From NCBI GenBank assembly GCA_965203805.1, contig OZ241917.1, positions 1,888,001 to 1,952,000 on the forward strand: a DNA stretch of 64,000 nucleotides. The letters are read 5' to 3'. Every line of letters begins with the position of its first letter. The first letter of the stretch is position 1. Of this stretch, positions 41,769 through 53,134 are shown piece by piece. Made by a program: the position numbers and the translations under genes. Source of the stretch: Candidatus Latescibacterota bacterium (lineage in GTDB: Bacteria; Latescibacterota; UBA2968; GCA-2709665). The notes below the pieces were generated by a model that ran no database searches, had not been told where the DNA came from, and worked only from the letters and a program-made list of their open reading frames with translations.

Positions 41769-42776
41769 TCATCTAAACTGTAGTATTAACTCGCTCAAAT
41801 CCGCGATTTCGGTCTGTCGTAACCTCGTAGCATAGTCACGTAGAGCTGCAAGGAACCGGCGTTGGCGATCATCCAAGTGCAATTCCCGATATCGCATAAT
41901 GTGATCCCGAACGAATCCCAGGTCTCGGATAGTCTCTTCCACCAGCATTCGATTGGCTACGATCCAGGTGCGTTTCAATAGTGCCCGTAACACTTTGGTC
42001 GGGTCGTGTGGCGCTTCGGCCATTTCCGGCGATATTACATCCAAAGGGACTTCCCAATAGATTTTCTGCATTATGATTCGATGATATTCAAGGTGCTTGT
42101 CGTTCAAATGCGTTGTTTCGAACCGATCCTTTTCGCAACCCCGTAAGCCATCGTGTTTACGTACTCTTACCAACGGCTGGCGTAAAACGCCTGCCTTATA
42201 TCCAGCACGCGCGAGCCGGATCCACATATCGTAGTCCTGAGCGCGAATCAGCCTTTCATCGTAGATTCCCACCCGATCATAACACGCTTTGCGAACGACA
42301 ACTGAAACACCGCTGATGAAATTTCCGCTCAGGAGTTGACCCAGCATTTCTGCTTCCGGATGTGCGGTAGCCTCTACCGTCTCGATCACGTTGTCCGCGT
42401 CGTTTCCTTCAAAAAACGCGTATCCGCTATAGACGAACCCGACCTCGGGCTGCAATTCGAAAACCGATATGTGCGACTCTACCAGTTCAGGCAGCGCGAC
42501 GTCATCATCGTCAAAGACCCAGACATAGTTACCGGAGACGTGTTTGAGTCCTAGATTCAAGGCAGACGATTTGCCCCCGTTCGACTTTTCAGAGTACGAT
42601 ATTCGACCGAGAAATGGCTCCAACTTCGTCTTCGTTTCATCCGTCGACCCGTCATTGACTACGATTACCTCGAGATTTCGATACGTCTGTGCCAAAACGC
42701 TTTCGAGCGACTCAACCAGATAGTTCGCCCTGTTGTAAGTTGGAATGATGACGGAAACCAAGTCTTGATGGCTCAT
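41769..42776 (-). CDS. Glycosyltransferase family 2
   Basis: VSVIIPTYN, VVNDGSTD, FDDDD, QDYDMWIRL. Confidence 0.9.
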   Translation of the reverse strand: MSHQDLVSVIIPTYNRANYLVESLESVLAQTYRNLEVIVVNDGSTDETKTKLEPFLGRISYSEKSNGGKSSALNLGLKHVSGNYVWVFDDDDVALPELVESHISVFELQPEVGFVYSGYAFFEGNDADNVIETVEATAHPEAEMLGQLLSGNFISGVSVVVRKACYDRVGIYDERLIRAQDYDMWIRLARAGYKAGVLRQPLVRVRKHDGLRGCEKDRFETTHLNDKHLEYHRIIMQKIYWEVPLDVISPEMAEAPHDPTKVLRALLKRTWIVANRMLVEETIRDLGFVRDHIMRYRELHLDDRQRRFLAALRDYATRLRQTEIADLSELILQFR

Positions 42777-43473
42777 GGTCAACACGAAAAACGCCCCCGG
42801 CGATACCGGAGGCGCGTTTGGAAAATGGACCTTGTGCGAAGTGCAGGCAAACGGTCGGTTCGGCTTACAAACTCCTCGGGAGATGACAATGCAAAGTCAG
42901 CATGGAAAGAATACCGCGAGCCGTCCAGCCTTTTCTCTGCAGCCCAGAACTCCTGTGTTTTCGATCTCTCGTTACAAGCATCGGGAATCGCACCCGTGCC
43001 AAAACCCTGATTAAACATAACGTCTACGTATGCTACTTACCCTTTATTTTGTAACCGCTGGCGTCCCTCAGGGAGCGTCTCCTTCACACCAACTCGATAC
43101 GTATCCGCCAGTCTGTGATTGAAAGCCTGCGGCTCAGTTTGCTCAATTTGATGGCACCGTGGGAACCAAGTCCGGCAGAATATAGGCCGTAAGGTTCGAA
43201 CTGTCAAGTACAGGTTAGGGAATATATGGCAGCGCCGGTTATTCAACAGAACCCGAGCGTTCCTGGGATTCTGACGGAAGACGACAACGGTCCGCTTTCG
43301 CAAGAAAACGGGCCGGGCGGAGCAGTTCATTTATCTAAGGCGAGGAATAACTAGACTGGATGCCGAATGGATGTGAGGTGCAGAATTGCACTGCATTGTA
43401 TGGGAAAGGCGTCCCACCCTTGGATCTCGCGGCCGGTATGCAATCAACCACGGTCGTCCGTCCTGACCCAGGT

Positions 43474-44000
43474 CTAGGGCACCCGGAGTATCCATCTTGT
43501 GATCATGCGCGGCGACTCGAGCGCCGGATCAAGTATGACATGACCCTTGGTGAGACTCTCCCGGCAGGATTCGACCTGCAGCGCGCCATCGCGGTGACGT
43601 TCGGCAAGAAAACCGATCCACTTGAACACTGAGGGGTTTCCGAGACGTGCGGCATAGCTGAGAAGCGCGTCTTCGTCGCGGTTATTGCAGGAAAGGTACG
43701 CCGACAATCAGTCGACAACGTGCTGGATTTCTCCGCCCAGGACCGGATCATCCAGAATGTCGGCCATCTTGCGTTGGATGTTGGAGACGACGAACCCGCC
43801 TTTGCCGCACCAGATTGCCCTGGTCTCGAAAATCCTGCCTTCGTCGATATGTTTCAGACTGAACCGTTTGCCGTGGAGTCACGGGGATTTCTTGCGACAC
43901 CAGGGAAACAATGTCGTTGAAAGTCTGCTCGGTAAGGTCCCAGTGCTCCACGGCACAGCGCTCTCAGACATAGGCCGGATCGAAAAAGCAGAGTGCAAGA
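43474..44000 (-). pseudogene. AbiEi-like (type IV TA) antitoxin remnant
   Basis: Fragments ..AVEHWDLTEQTFNDI, VSNIQRKMADILDDP, LLSYAARLGN..VFK.IGFLAE...LDP...RW.LRVP with frameshifts. Confidence 0.6.
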
Positions 44001-44274
44001 ATCCAAGGATAACAAAGTCCTAATATTCACCCCTTGGTCACCAGCAAATATACCCAGTCTTCTCTCCTGAACACGTTAGTCCCTTTCTGTAAAGATATCG
44101 TCCCGCCAACCTGAGTTCTCGGATTTGTATGCACCACGGATTCTCAATGTTTAACAGCAGCCGAATCTGAAAGACTCAATAATGCGCAGACGACTTACCG
44201 AAGAAACGCATCCGCCGCCCGCGCACCATAGATTATGCATCCTGTCTCCATGGTGTACGATTGATTTCAGATAA

Positions 44275-45495
44275 TCAATAAATGCCCAGGTTCTGCCAGA
44301 AAGTACCCCATGCGAACCAGAACCCGTTGTGCGACGGTAACTGCGTCAACGTCCTGCCCTCGTGCGTTCCGGCGACGCCCTCTCCCTTCAGGTTCCAGGT
44401 GGTTCCGGTCTCCTCGTCTTTCAGCAGGAACGGATACGCGGGCAGCGTCGAATTCACCCTTTCAAACGTCAGCGTGGATGTCTGACCGTTCGCGCTGATT
44501 TGCCGCGAAAAAGGAATGGCCAACTGCGCATTCCTGTAGTAGACCACCAGAACGGGATGCTGCCTCGGGCCTTCCACGATGACGTCGTTGATGACGTCTT
44601 CGGCGCGCATGGCCTCAAAGAGATAGGCCTTGACCATCTCGCCGAAGCGAATGCCCATGGCCAGATCCTTTGCGCTCAACAGGTCTGACGTGGCTGTGTT
44701 CATATTCGGAAATATGATATACGAGTGCGATGTCCGATAATCCTGGGCGCCTGATATATACGGGTACTGCGTGTATTGGCTGATGGGGTAGCGTGTGCCG
44801 TTTCCGTCGATCACCCTTGTATCGGGGTGGATCCGCTTCCAGTATTCCCAGGTGCATTCGGTCACCGGCAGCAACGCCAGCTCCTCGCCCTGACGCGAAC
44901 CCAGTATCCCTTTATATATCATCTGTGGGTAAAGGGTCCGCTCATTTCCCTGGTCCCGCCTGTCGTACATAATCAGGTTGTTATTAAACAGAAGGCCGGA
45001 CACGCCGACTTGGATCCGCTCGCCATTTGCGGCGACGCCGTTGAAGACCATCCCGGTACCGGTCAGGGGACAGAGCGTTACGATCACGCTCTCGTCGCCC
45101 GCCGTATCGTTGATGATCTCGTGCCACCAGCCGATGTTGTGGGGGTAGGCCCTCGGCTCTCCGTCAATTACAATCCCCATCACGATATCGTCGTCCCGAA
45201 GATACCCTGCGCCAGCGTGGCCGGGTCCGACGAAATCCGGATCGGTTAGTGCGGGAATACAATCGGCGCCGGAGCAGCCGATGGCGATCTCGTCTATCGG
45301 AAACGACGCCACGTCCAGGAAATTGCCGCCGGCTCGAGGGGCGCGCGCATGCTCGCTGCGGCCATCCGGTGAAGGCGACCCGCCCGGTGTCGTACCCGGC
45401 CCGCCGCCGGTGGGACCGGTCGGGTCTCCGCCGCCGTTTCCGCACGCGGCGAATGCAAGAGCGACGATCACGGGCAGCGAAAAGAGTCGATTCAT
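44275..45495 (-). CDS. DUF3179-domain lipoprotein
   Basis: Lipobox FAAC; DCIPALTDP, RAYPH..WHEIIND, TLCPLTGTG, GVSGLLFNNNLIMYDR, FWFAW. Confidence 0.85.
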   Translation of the reverse strand: MNRLFSLPVIVALAFAACGNGGGDPTGPTGGGPGTTPGGSPSPDGRSEHARAPRAGGNFLDVASFPIDEIAIGCSGADCIPALTDPDFVGPGHAGAGYLRDDDIVMGIVIDGEPRAYPHNIGWWHEIINDTAGDESVIVTLCPLTGTGMVFNGVAANGERIQVGVSGLLFNNNLIMYDRRDQGNERTLYPQMIYKGILGSRQGEELALLPVTECTWEYWKRIHPDTRVIDGNGTRYPISQYTQYPYISGAQDYRTSHSYIIFPNMNTATSDLLSAKDLAMGIRFGEMVKAYLFEAMRAEDVINDVIVEGPRQHPVLVVYYRNAQLAIPFSRQISANGQTSTLTFERVNSTLPAYPFLLKDEETGTTWNLKGEGVAGTHEGRTLTQLPSHNGFWFAWGTFWQNLGIY

Positions 45496-45714
45496 TCCGG
45501 GCCTCCGTCGGGTCGCGTAAAGGACTCAAGTGTCGAGGGCGAACTGAGAAGATTCAGATTGCAGAAAATAATATACCGGGTACAGGATGAAATGCAAACA
45601 GTACAAAATTGGCGCGTTCCTTGACTAAAATCCAACTTCCATATATTTTATGCACGCCGCGGACAAACCCGTTAACCGCTGACCACTCCCTGAATCTAAC
45701 TACATTCCCGCCAG

Positions 45715-47706
45715 ATGGCACTGCCAAAACCGCAAGCGACCTCGCCTGAATCGGAAACCGGACTCCAGGACCGGGGAATCACGCTCCGTTCCGTGGGAAT
45801 GGGCGTGCTCGTTTCAGCCATGACCAGCGGCTGGATCGCGTACTCCCGCACGGCTGCGGATACATCGTCGGTCAATATCACCCACCTGCCCGTTTCCTTT
45901 CTCGGCGTCTTCCTCGTTGTCCTTACGATCAACCTGATTCTCCGCACGCGGCCCGGGTCGACCTGCCTGGTTCCTTCCGAGATGCTGGTGATCATCGCCA
46001 TGGGCCTCGTCGCCGCGATGATTCCCGCGCGCGGGCTTACCGGCATCTGGCTGGGACTGATGGCCGTCCCGTACTACCGCAGCACCCCTGAAAACGGCTG
46101 GATCGACTATATCCAGCCCCATCTCCCGGACTATCTGTTCCCGACCAACGACGGCCGGCAGACATCTCTACTCTACGAGGGCCTGCCGCCGGGCGCCGAC
46201 ATTCCCTGGAACGTCTGGTACCTCCCGCTGTTCTGGTGGCTCACGCTCATTCTGGCGGGATTCACCGTTTGCGCATGCATCGCGGCGATCCTTCGAAAAC
46301 AGTGGGTTGAATACGAACGCCTGGACTATCCCCTCCTGTCACCGATTCTGGAAACCATCGACGACGTCCGCGACCCTTCGGGAAGGAACAAGTGGCCGGA
46401 CTATTTCAAGGGCCGCCTCTTCTGGATCGGATTCGGGATCGCCTTCGGCATCATCGGCTGGAACATGATCTCGTATTTCCAGCCCACGTGGCCGCGCATC
46501 AGCATGAGCCCGAACAAGGGCCTGTTCTACTTCGCACGGGTCTTTCCGCCCCTGCTCACCCACATCAATACGTACACGATCGGCTTCGGGTATTTCGTGA
46601 AGCTGGAAATCCTCTTCTCCATCTGGTTCTTCCACTTCCTGCTGATGTCCGAGATCGCCCTGATCAGAAAAACCGGCTTTCAGTTCGGCCGGATGCACAA
46701 GTCCGGCGGCGGATGGGGCGATCCGCTCGTGCAGTGGCAGTGCCTGGGCGCGCTCTTCGTCTTTGTCGCGTGGGGGTTCTGGGCCGCGCGGCACCATCTC
46801 AGAGACGTGATCCGCAAGGCATTCTTCAACGAACCAGGCGTGGATGATTCCAACGAAATCCTCTCGTACCGCACGGCGGTCATCGGGTTTATCGCGGGCA
46901 ACCTCTACATTGTCGCATGGCTGCACCAGGCCGGTATCGAACTCGCCTTGATGGCCATCACCGTTCCGGCGTCGATCATCATCTACATCGCGCTGGCGAG
47001 ATTCGTGTGCGAGTCCGGCACCCTGTACCTGGGCCTGCCCACCAGCCCCCTGGACATGGGCTATCAGATCCTGGGCACCGAGACCATTTCCGCAAGGGTC
47101 CTGACCGCATCGGCCACGTCGCATGCGCTCCGGTGGATGTATTTCATGCCGGCGCTTTCCCAGGGAGTCAAGGCCATCGACCGAGCGCGAGGCAACCGGC
47201 GCATGTTGTTCTGGGCCGTGCTGGGCGGACTCCTTACCGCGTTGGCCGTGAACATCTGGATGGTGCTCTATCTCGGATACAAATACGGGGCATTCAACTT
47301 CACGGAGTATCCTTTCACGAGATACGCGCCCCGCCTTTACGATGCCGTCGTGTCGAACATAAAATCGCCGGAACCGGCCTCGTGGGAACGACTCGTGCTG
47401 TTCGGATTCGGCGGACTCATCATGGCCGCGCTCACGCTTTTGCGATACCGTCTGCCCTGGTGGCCGCTGCACCCCGTGGGATTCATCGTCACAACGACCA
47501 GCCTGCTGCACGAAATCACCGCCATCCTCATCGTCTGGCTCTTCAAGGCCATCGTCATGCGCGTTGGAGGCGTGGGGCTGTATCGCTATTTCCTTCCCCT
47601 CTTCTTCGGAATCATCGTCGGAAGGGCCACGGGCGTCCTGGTCTCCTTTCTGGTGGACCTGATCTGGTTTCCCGGAGGGGGCCACCACGTCCATGGATGG
47701 GCGTAG
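45715..47706 (+). CDS. DUF6785/DUF6784 multi-pass membrane protein (OPT-like transporter)
   Basis: Many TMs; ILRKQWVEYERLDYPL, LFSIWFF, WWPLHPVG. Confidence 0.8.
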   Translation: MALPKPQATSPESETGLQDRGITLRSVGMGVLVSAMTSGWIAYSRTAADTSSVNITHLPVSFLGVFLVVLTINLILRTRPGSTCLVPSEMLVIIAMGLVAAMIPARGLTGIWLGLMAVPYYRSTPENGWIDYIQPHLPDYLFPTNDGRQTSLLYEGLPPGADIPWNVWYLPLFWWLTLILAGFTVCACIAAILRKQWVEYERLDYPLLSPILETIDDVRDPSGRNKWPDYFKGRLFWIGFGIAFGIIGWNMISYFQPTWPRISMSPNKGLFYFARVFPPLLTHINTYTIGFGYFVKLEILFSIWFFHFLLMSEIALIRKTGFQFGRMHKSGGGWGDPLVQWQCLGALFVFVAWGFWAARHHLRDVIRKAFFNEPGVDDSNEILSYRTAVIGFIAGNLYIVAWLHQAGIELALMAITVPASIIIYIALARFVCESGTLYLGLPTSPLDMGYQILGTETISARVLTASATSHALRWMYFMPALSQGVKAIDRARGNRRMLFWAVLGGLLTALAVNIWMVLYLGYKYGAFNFTEYPFTRYAPRLYDAVVSNIKSPEPASWERLVLFGFGGLIMAALTLLRYRLPWWPLHPVGFIVTTTSLLHEITAILIVWLFKAIVMRVGGVGLYRYFLPLFFGIIVGRATGVLVSFLVDLIWFPGGGHHVHGWA

Positions 47707-47807
47707 GGCGACTTGCCGTTTTGCAAGCCCTTCCTTGACAGGCCTCCTCGTTTCCGCGTTATTTTTCTTTTAATCCATGCCGGGTATTCTCCCTGGAGGA
47801 TCTGCCT

Positions 47808-49580
47808 ATGAATAAGCGCGTCTTGTTTTTTCTCATGGCTTCCGTCGTGTTGGCTTCTTCCGCCGCCGCGCAAGAAGACCCGGTCCTTACGAGTTTCCCT
47901 CACGAAGTCACCCCTCTTGACGAAATGGGCGGGCTGCCCGGCGCCGCGATGTTCGACTACGACAACGACGGCGACCTGGACATCTACGTTGCAAACGGTC
48001 ATGGCTATCGTAATTACCTGCTGAAAAACGACGGGTCCGGCAATTTCACCGACGTCTCCAGGGAGGCGGGTGTGGACATCACTGTAGAAACCCACGGCGT
48101 TGGCAGTGCCGATATCGACAATGACGGCGACGCGGATCTCTTCGCGGCCACCGACGGACGGAATTATCTCTTTCTCAACAACGGCGACGGGACGTTTGCC
48201 GACATCACGGAATCGGCGGGCATCGTCTCGCGGTACTTCTCATCCACAGTCGCCTTCGCCGATATCGACAATGACGGGTACGTGGACATCTACGTAGGCG
48301 GCGCGGGCGGCGAGGATGGTGTAGAAATAAACAGAAGAGTAGGCACGGGCGAACTCTATCTCAATAACGGCGATCGCACGTTCAGGGACATTACGGACGA
48401 GACCGGCACGGAATCGACCTACACGTGGTCGGTCCGCTTCTGCGACTATGACGACGACGGCGATCCGGACCTGTTCACCGCGAACGATCAGGGCATTGCG
48501 CTGGCGGGGGAATGGTCGCCCATCCGATTATATCGGAACGAGGGCAATCTGACGTTTACCGACGTCACCAGAGAAGCGGGCCTGGGCATCACGGGTAGCT
48601 GGATGGGGCTCGCGTTCGGAGACTACGACCTGGACGGCGACTTCGACTTTTTCGCCACGAACGTGGGCGGCTCCTTCGTGGACAAGAAGGGTCACCAGGA
48701 ATACGATCTGCATGGGTTCTTCCGCAACGACGGGGGTGTATTCAGAAATATCGCCGAGGAACTGGAAGTTGCGCCGGATGTCACACTGGCGATGCTGGAA
48801 TTCGGATGGGGCACGGTCTTTACGGATTTCGACAACGACGGCGACCTGGATCTGTACTACGTGGGCAATTACGACATGCTCCAGGCATATAACAACCCGG
48901 GGCACCTTTTGATCAACGACGGGGCCGGTGCGTTCAGGGATTCCACGGCTCGCTACGGTCTGAGGACGATTGACGGAACCGGCACGCCCTCCATCGCGGT
49001 GGGCGTGGCGACCGGCGACGTGAACGACGACGGCCACGTGGACATTTTCGTCGCCAATGCCGGCACGGATTTCCGAACGGGCTATCCGATGCTGTTTACG
49101 GAAAAATTCGACGACAACAACTGGATTCGCCTCAAACTCGAAGGCACCGAAAGCAACCGGTCTGCCATCGGCGCCAGGATCCGGCTTACGGCCGGCGGGA
49201 AGACCCAGATCCGCGACGTGGCGAGCGGAGGCAGCAGTTTCTCTCAGAACAGCCTGTGGCCCACGTTCGGCATCGGCGAGAGCAAGGTGATCGACGCCAT
49301 CGAAATCCGCTGGCCCAGCGGGATCGTCCAGATATTCGAGGACATCGAGCCCAACCAGACGCTGGAGATCCGGGAACAGCGTCCGCCTCCCGTCGTAGTC
49401 TACGCCAACCCTCGGGCCGACTTCAACGGCGACGGCAACGTCGACTTCAGCGATTTCATCGCCATCGCCAGTGCATTCAATACGGATGATTCAACCTACG
49501 ATCTGAACGGCAACGGCGTGGTTGACTTCAGCGATTTCATCGAATTCGCGAAGTCTTTCGGGCGTCCTCTGCCTCCTTAA
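47808..49580 (+). CDS. CRTAC1/ASPIC-UnbV FG-GAP repeat protein with C-terminal dockerin/EF-hand-like repeats
   Basis: Repeated DYDNDGDLDIYV, SNRSAIGARI...WPSG, C-terminal DFNGDGNVDFSDF twice. Confidence 0.88.
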   Translation: MNKRVLFFLMASVVLASSAAAQEDPVLTSFPHEVTPLDEMGGLPGAAMFDYDNDGDLDIYVANGHGYRNYLLKNDGSGNFTDVSREAGVDITVETHGVGSADIDNDGDADLFAATDGRNYLFLNNGDGTFADITESAGIVSRYFSSTVAFADIDNDGYVDIYVGGAGGEDGVEINRRVGTGELYLNNGDRTFRDITDETGTESTYTWSVRFCDYDDDGDPDLFTANDQGIALAGEWSPIRLYRNEGNLTFTDVTREAGLGITGSWMGLAFGDYDLDGDFDFFATNVGGSFVDKKGHQEYDLHGFFRNDGGVFRNIAEELEVAPDVTLAMLEFGWGTVFTDFDNDGDLDLYYVGNYDMLQAYNNPGHLLINDGAGAFRDSTARYGLRTIDGTGTPSIAVGVATGDVNDDGHVDIFVANAGTDFRTGYPMLFTEKFDDNNWIRLKLEGTESNRSAIGARIRLTAGGKTQIRDVASGGSSFSQNSLWPTFGIGESKVIDAIEIRWPSGIVQIFEDIEPNQTLEIREQRPPPVVVYANPRADFNGDGNVDFSDFIAIASAFNTDDSTYDLNGNGVVDFSDFIEFAKSFGRPLPP

Positions 49581-49670
49581 CAGCCCGTTGATAAAGTCCA
49601 TCCGGGCTGGTAAAAGAACCCGGCAGGTGTTCCGCCGGGCCTCACCTGTCGTCTCCGCGCCGTCCGCGTT

Positions 49671-50600
49671 TCACGGTTCCTCAACCACGATGAAGCCCAG
49701 TGAATCCACGGACGCGGATCCGAAGAGTCCGATCCCTCCCTCCACGTGGAAGAGCGGACGCCTGAAATTCTCGCCCGCCAGTCCGCCGAACCAGCTCTCC
49801 TGCGCGCCGGGTCCCGAGCGCGCGTAGTCGTACCAGTTCCGGTCCACCGCGTAGATCCGCATCAGGTGACGCCCGGTGAAGTAGATCGCGAACCACGGCA
49901 GCCTGACGCTTCCTTCGGTCGATTCGATCGCCGGCGAACTTCCCGTGCGGTCCGGGGTTTCTTCAGATAATTCCCTGTCAACCTCTTCGGCGTCCCCGTC
50001 CAGACTCACGATACCGACCTGATAGCCCGGTACGTCGATCGGGTCGAACCTGGCCTCGAGAAACCCTGTCTTGTAAACCACCCTGTTTTCAGGTGCACGA
50101 TAGACGCCGTCCGCCGCTTCGGCAAACGTCTTCAGTCTCTGCAGCACCTGCTCGGTCTCCTGATTCAGAACGACGCCCTCACGCAAACGAAAGCGCCTGG
50201 GAGTGATCGTCGTGGCCCGCGCCGTCGTGTCTCTTGCGGTAACCACCATGACGTACCGCGTCTCGGGGGCGACGACAGGGGGATCGGGCGGCGGCGAATA
50301 CTGAAACGGACTTGCATCCGGGTCCCGGACATACCGGAAGACGCGGTCGCCCTGCCGTATTTCCACGACGGCGTCCGGCGCCATGGCGTGCCTCGGGCTG
50401 TCGCGGTCGCCTGTCGTAACCGTCTGCGTCACGAAGACCGGGGGAAGCGGCCGCCCCACGATCAGCAGTCCGTCCAGCACGAGTTCACCCCCGGCATCCG
50501 GGCCGAACAACGATTCGGGCGTCCGTTCGGCCTGACACGCCGCCATCTGCAGGATGAAAACAACAGCCAGGAGTCTTCGGGCTGTAATCCGTGAACTCAT
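49671..50600 (-). CDS. DUF4249-like lipoprotein
   Basis: Lipobox MAAC; C-terminal FHVEGGIGLFGSAS; downstream of a TonB receptor. Confidence 0.7.
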   Translation of the reverse strand: MSSRITARRLLAVVFILQMAACQAERTPESLFGPDAGGELVLDGLLIVGRPLPPVFVTQTVTTGDRDSPRHAMAPDAVVEIRQGDRVFRYVRDPDASPFQYSPPPDPPVVAPETRYVMVVTARDTTARATTITPRRFRLREGVVLNQETEQVLQRLKTFAEAADGVYRAPENRVVYKTGFLEARFDPIDVPGYQVGIVSLDGDAEEVDRELSEETPDRTGSSPAIESTEGSVRLPWFAIYFTGRHLMRIYAVDRNWYDYARSGPGAQESWFGGLAGENFRRPLFHVEGGIGLFGSASVDSLGFIVVEEP

Positions 50601-50696
50601 CGCAAGGATGTCCCGTTCCGGCAGTTCGCGCCGCAATGAGGAAGCGGCGATTTGCGCGCCGATAGTGAGTCCGGCGACCCCGATTCCATTCGGCCG

Positions 50697-52934
50697 TCAA
50701 AAAGCATAGTTGATGCCAAGCGTGGGTACGATCGGCAGCATCTTCACGACCTCGGGATCGACATTGACGGCATCCGGATCGAACTGGACGAACCATTCGT
50801 TGCGCCGGCTGTAGACGTTGAACACCTGAATATAGGCCTCCGCATCGGTTCGGAAAATCCGGAATCCACGTTTGATGCTCAGGTCCAGCCTGTGATAGGG
50901 CAGCAGCCGCGCGCTGTTCCGGTCGGCCGGCAGCGCATAGCTCTCGATTCCCGCTTCCGGCTCGGCCGGCGTCCTCAGCCTGTATACCGCCGACGCCGGC
51001 GTGAACGCCTGCCCCGTCGCGTATAGCAGATTGGCCCCGAAGGTCCACCTGCCAACCCGCCAGTTGCTCACGAATGAGAGATCATGCCGCCTGTCGTACT
51101 TGGGTGAAAACCTCTTTCCTCGGTTCAACTCAGCGAACCGCCGCCGCGTCCATCCCAGCGTATATCCGATCCACCCGGTGACCGATCCCGTACGCCGCTG
51201 CAGGAAGAACTCAACGCCGGCGGCGACGCCGGTCCCGCCGCTCACGAACGTGTCTTCGGAGGTACCCGCATCGGAGCCGACGGCGACGTTGTTGTCGAAT
51301 AAAACCAGGTTCGCAAAATCCGTACAGTACGCTTCCATCGTCAGTTCATACCGCTTCGACGGTTCCCATTCCAACCCCGCGACGCCCTGCCAGGAACGGC
51401 CCGGCTCCACGGTCCGGTCGAGAGGGACCCAAACGTCGCCGCCGCTGAAAACCTCCGTGGTCACGAGCTGGATGTACTGCCTGTATGATCCGGCGCCCAC
51501 CTTCAGCTTCAACGTCGGCGCGAACCCGTGGCTGAGGGCGAACCGGGGTTCGGCGTGAAACCGGCTTCCCTCGCTGAAATAGCTGGCGCGCGCGCCCAGC
51601 CTGACGCTGGTCTCCGCGCGCGGCTGCCACAGGTCCTGCGCATATGCCGACAACAGAATCGGCTTTTCGCGGATATCCAGCTGATCGACCCGATTGAAAC
51701 TCTGCCGGTACGCGAAGTCATACCACGTGGCAAGGAATCCGGAATTCAGGGAATGCCGGCTGCTCGCAAAAAAGTCCAGATCGCCTTTGATGGTTATATC
51801 CCGGATCCCGTTGGAAAACAGGATTGGAGTCTCGATCGCACGCACTTCAGTGTAACTGTCGTATTTGCTTCCCGATACCACGAGATTTCCGAAAACCGCA
51901 GGAGAGAACACGTGGGTCCATCGGCCCGTAAAGGCCGTATTTCCCCATCGTACGTTGAAAAAGCTCCCATCCTCAAATTCGAAATTCAAGTCGTCGCGTC
52001 CGAAGTATCCACTGAACATCAGCCTGTCGCTGTCCGCGAAATCCTGATTGAACTTTGCGTTCGTATCGTAGAAATAGTAGGTAGGCACTTCGGTGTCTTC
52101 GTCCCTTATCAAGGAGAGTACCGGTTCCAGATACGTCCGCCGTCCGGAGACCATCCAGGACCCGTTCCCGGCCGGTCCCTCCAGGGTCATTCGCGCGGAG
52201 ATCAGGCTGATCCCCCCCGTTCCCTCGAATCCCTTCCGGTTGCCGTCTCGGTTGCGCACGTCCAGAACGGACCCCAGCCTCCCGCCGTATTGGGCAGGAT
52301 AGGCGCCTTTGTGCAGGCTCATATCCTTGATGGCGTCGGGATTGAACGTGGAAAAGAAGCCGAATGCGTGCGTCGGGTTGTACAGCGGGATCTGATCGAG
52401 CAGGATCAGCGTCTGGTCCGGTCCGCCGCCCCGGATATACAACCCGCTGCTGAAATCCGAAGCCGCCTGTATTCCGGGCAGCAGCTGAAGGCTGCGCAGG
52501 AGGTCGGTCTCACCGACGGCGGGCAACTCCTGCAACTGCGCGGTTTCCAGCGTCACAAAACCCGTCTGCACGTTCCGCTCCGCCTCGTGGGGGTCCGCTT
52601 CAACCACGATTTCCCGGGTCAGAATCGGTTCGGGGACCAACTGCACATTCAACTCCCGAAGCTCTGTCCCGGAAAATCGAAGCGTGTCAACATAACTCCG
52701 GTAACCGATGTAGGTGACGACGAGTGTGTATTCGCCGGGGGGGATATGCTGGACCGCGTAGTAACCGTCCACGTTGCTCAGCGCGCCCAACGGCGAGTCG
52801 CCCCCTTCCAGGACCACGTTCGAGTAGGGGAGCGACTCCCCGTTCGTGCCGTCCGTGACGAATCCGCTCAGCGTCGCGGCCCACAGGCTGCCGGGAAAGA
52901 GAAATGCCAGTATCATAATGCGCATTGCGTACAC
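50697..52934 (-). CDS. TonB-dependent receptor
   Basis: LSGFVTD..GESLP, LQLLPGI, IRGGGPDQ, YGGRLGSVL, LPYHRLDLS, terminal F. Confidence 0.92.
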   Translation of the reverse strand: MYAMRIMILAFLFPGSLWAATLSGFVTDGTNGESLPYSNVVLEGGDSPLGALSNVDGYYAVQHIPPGEYTLVVTYIGYRSYVDTLRFSGTELRELNVQLVPEPILTREIVVEADPHEAERNVQTGFVTLETAQLQELPAVGETDLLRSLQLLPGIQAASDFSSGLYIRGGGPDQTLILLDQIPLYNPTHAFGFFSTFNPDAIKDMSLHKGAYPAQYGGRLGSVLDVRNRDGNRKGFEGTGGISLISARMTLEGPAGNGSWMVSGRRTYLEPVLSLIRDEDTEVPTYYFYDTNAKFNQDFADSDRLMFSGYFGRDDLNFEFEDGSFFNVRWGNTAFTGRWTHVFSPAVFGNLVVSGSKYDSYTEVRAIETPILFSNGIRDITIKGDLDFFASSRHSLNSGFLATWYDFAYRQSFNRVDQLDIREKPILLSAYAQDLWQPRAETSVRLGARASYFSEGSRFHAEPRFALSHGFAPTLKLKVGAGSYRQYIQLVTTEVFSGGDVWVPLDRTVEPGRSWQGVAGLEWEPSKRYELTMEAYCTDFANLVLFDNNVAVGSDAGTSEDTFVSGGTGVAAGVEFFLQRRTGSVTGWIGYTLGWTRRRFAELNRGKRFSPKYDRRHDLSFVSNWRVGRWTFGANLLYATGQAFTPASAVYRLRTPAEPEAGIESYALPADRNSARLLPYHRLDLSIKRGFRIFRTDAEAYIQVFNVYSRRNEWFVQFDPDAVNVDPEVVKMLPIVPTLGINYAF

Positions 52935-53110
52935 CAGGAGGCCTCCATGCGCTCTGTACCGCCGAGCACTTGCATGACCGACGCCACTCAGACCGAGTTT
53001 CGGCTTCGTGCGTGTCCATTCAGCACTTCACGGGCTGAGTTGGTTTCTTTTGTGTTTTTGTGCCTTTTGCGGCAATTGCCTTTGCGCGTCAAACGGGTTC
53101 AGACGCAGAA

Positions 53111-53134
53111 AAACCCGGCGTTTTCGCCGGGTTT
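53111..53134 (-). terminator. Rho-independent terminator after the epimerase operon
   Basis: Perfect hairpin AAACCCGGCG-TTTT-CGCCGGGTTT with a T-run on the minus strand. Confidence 0.65.
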
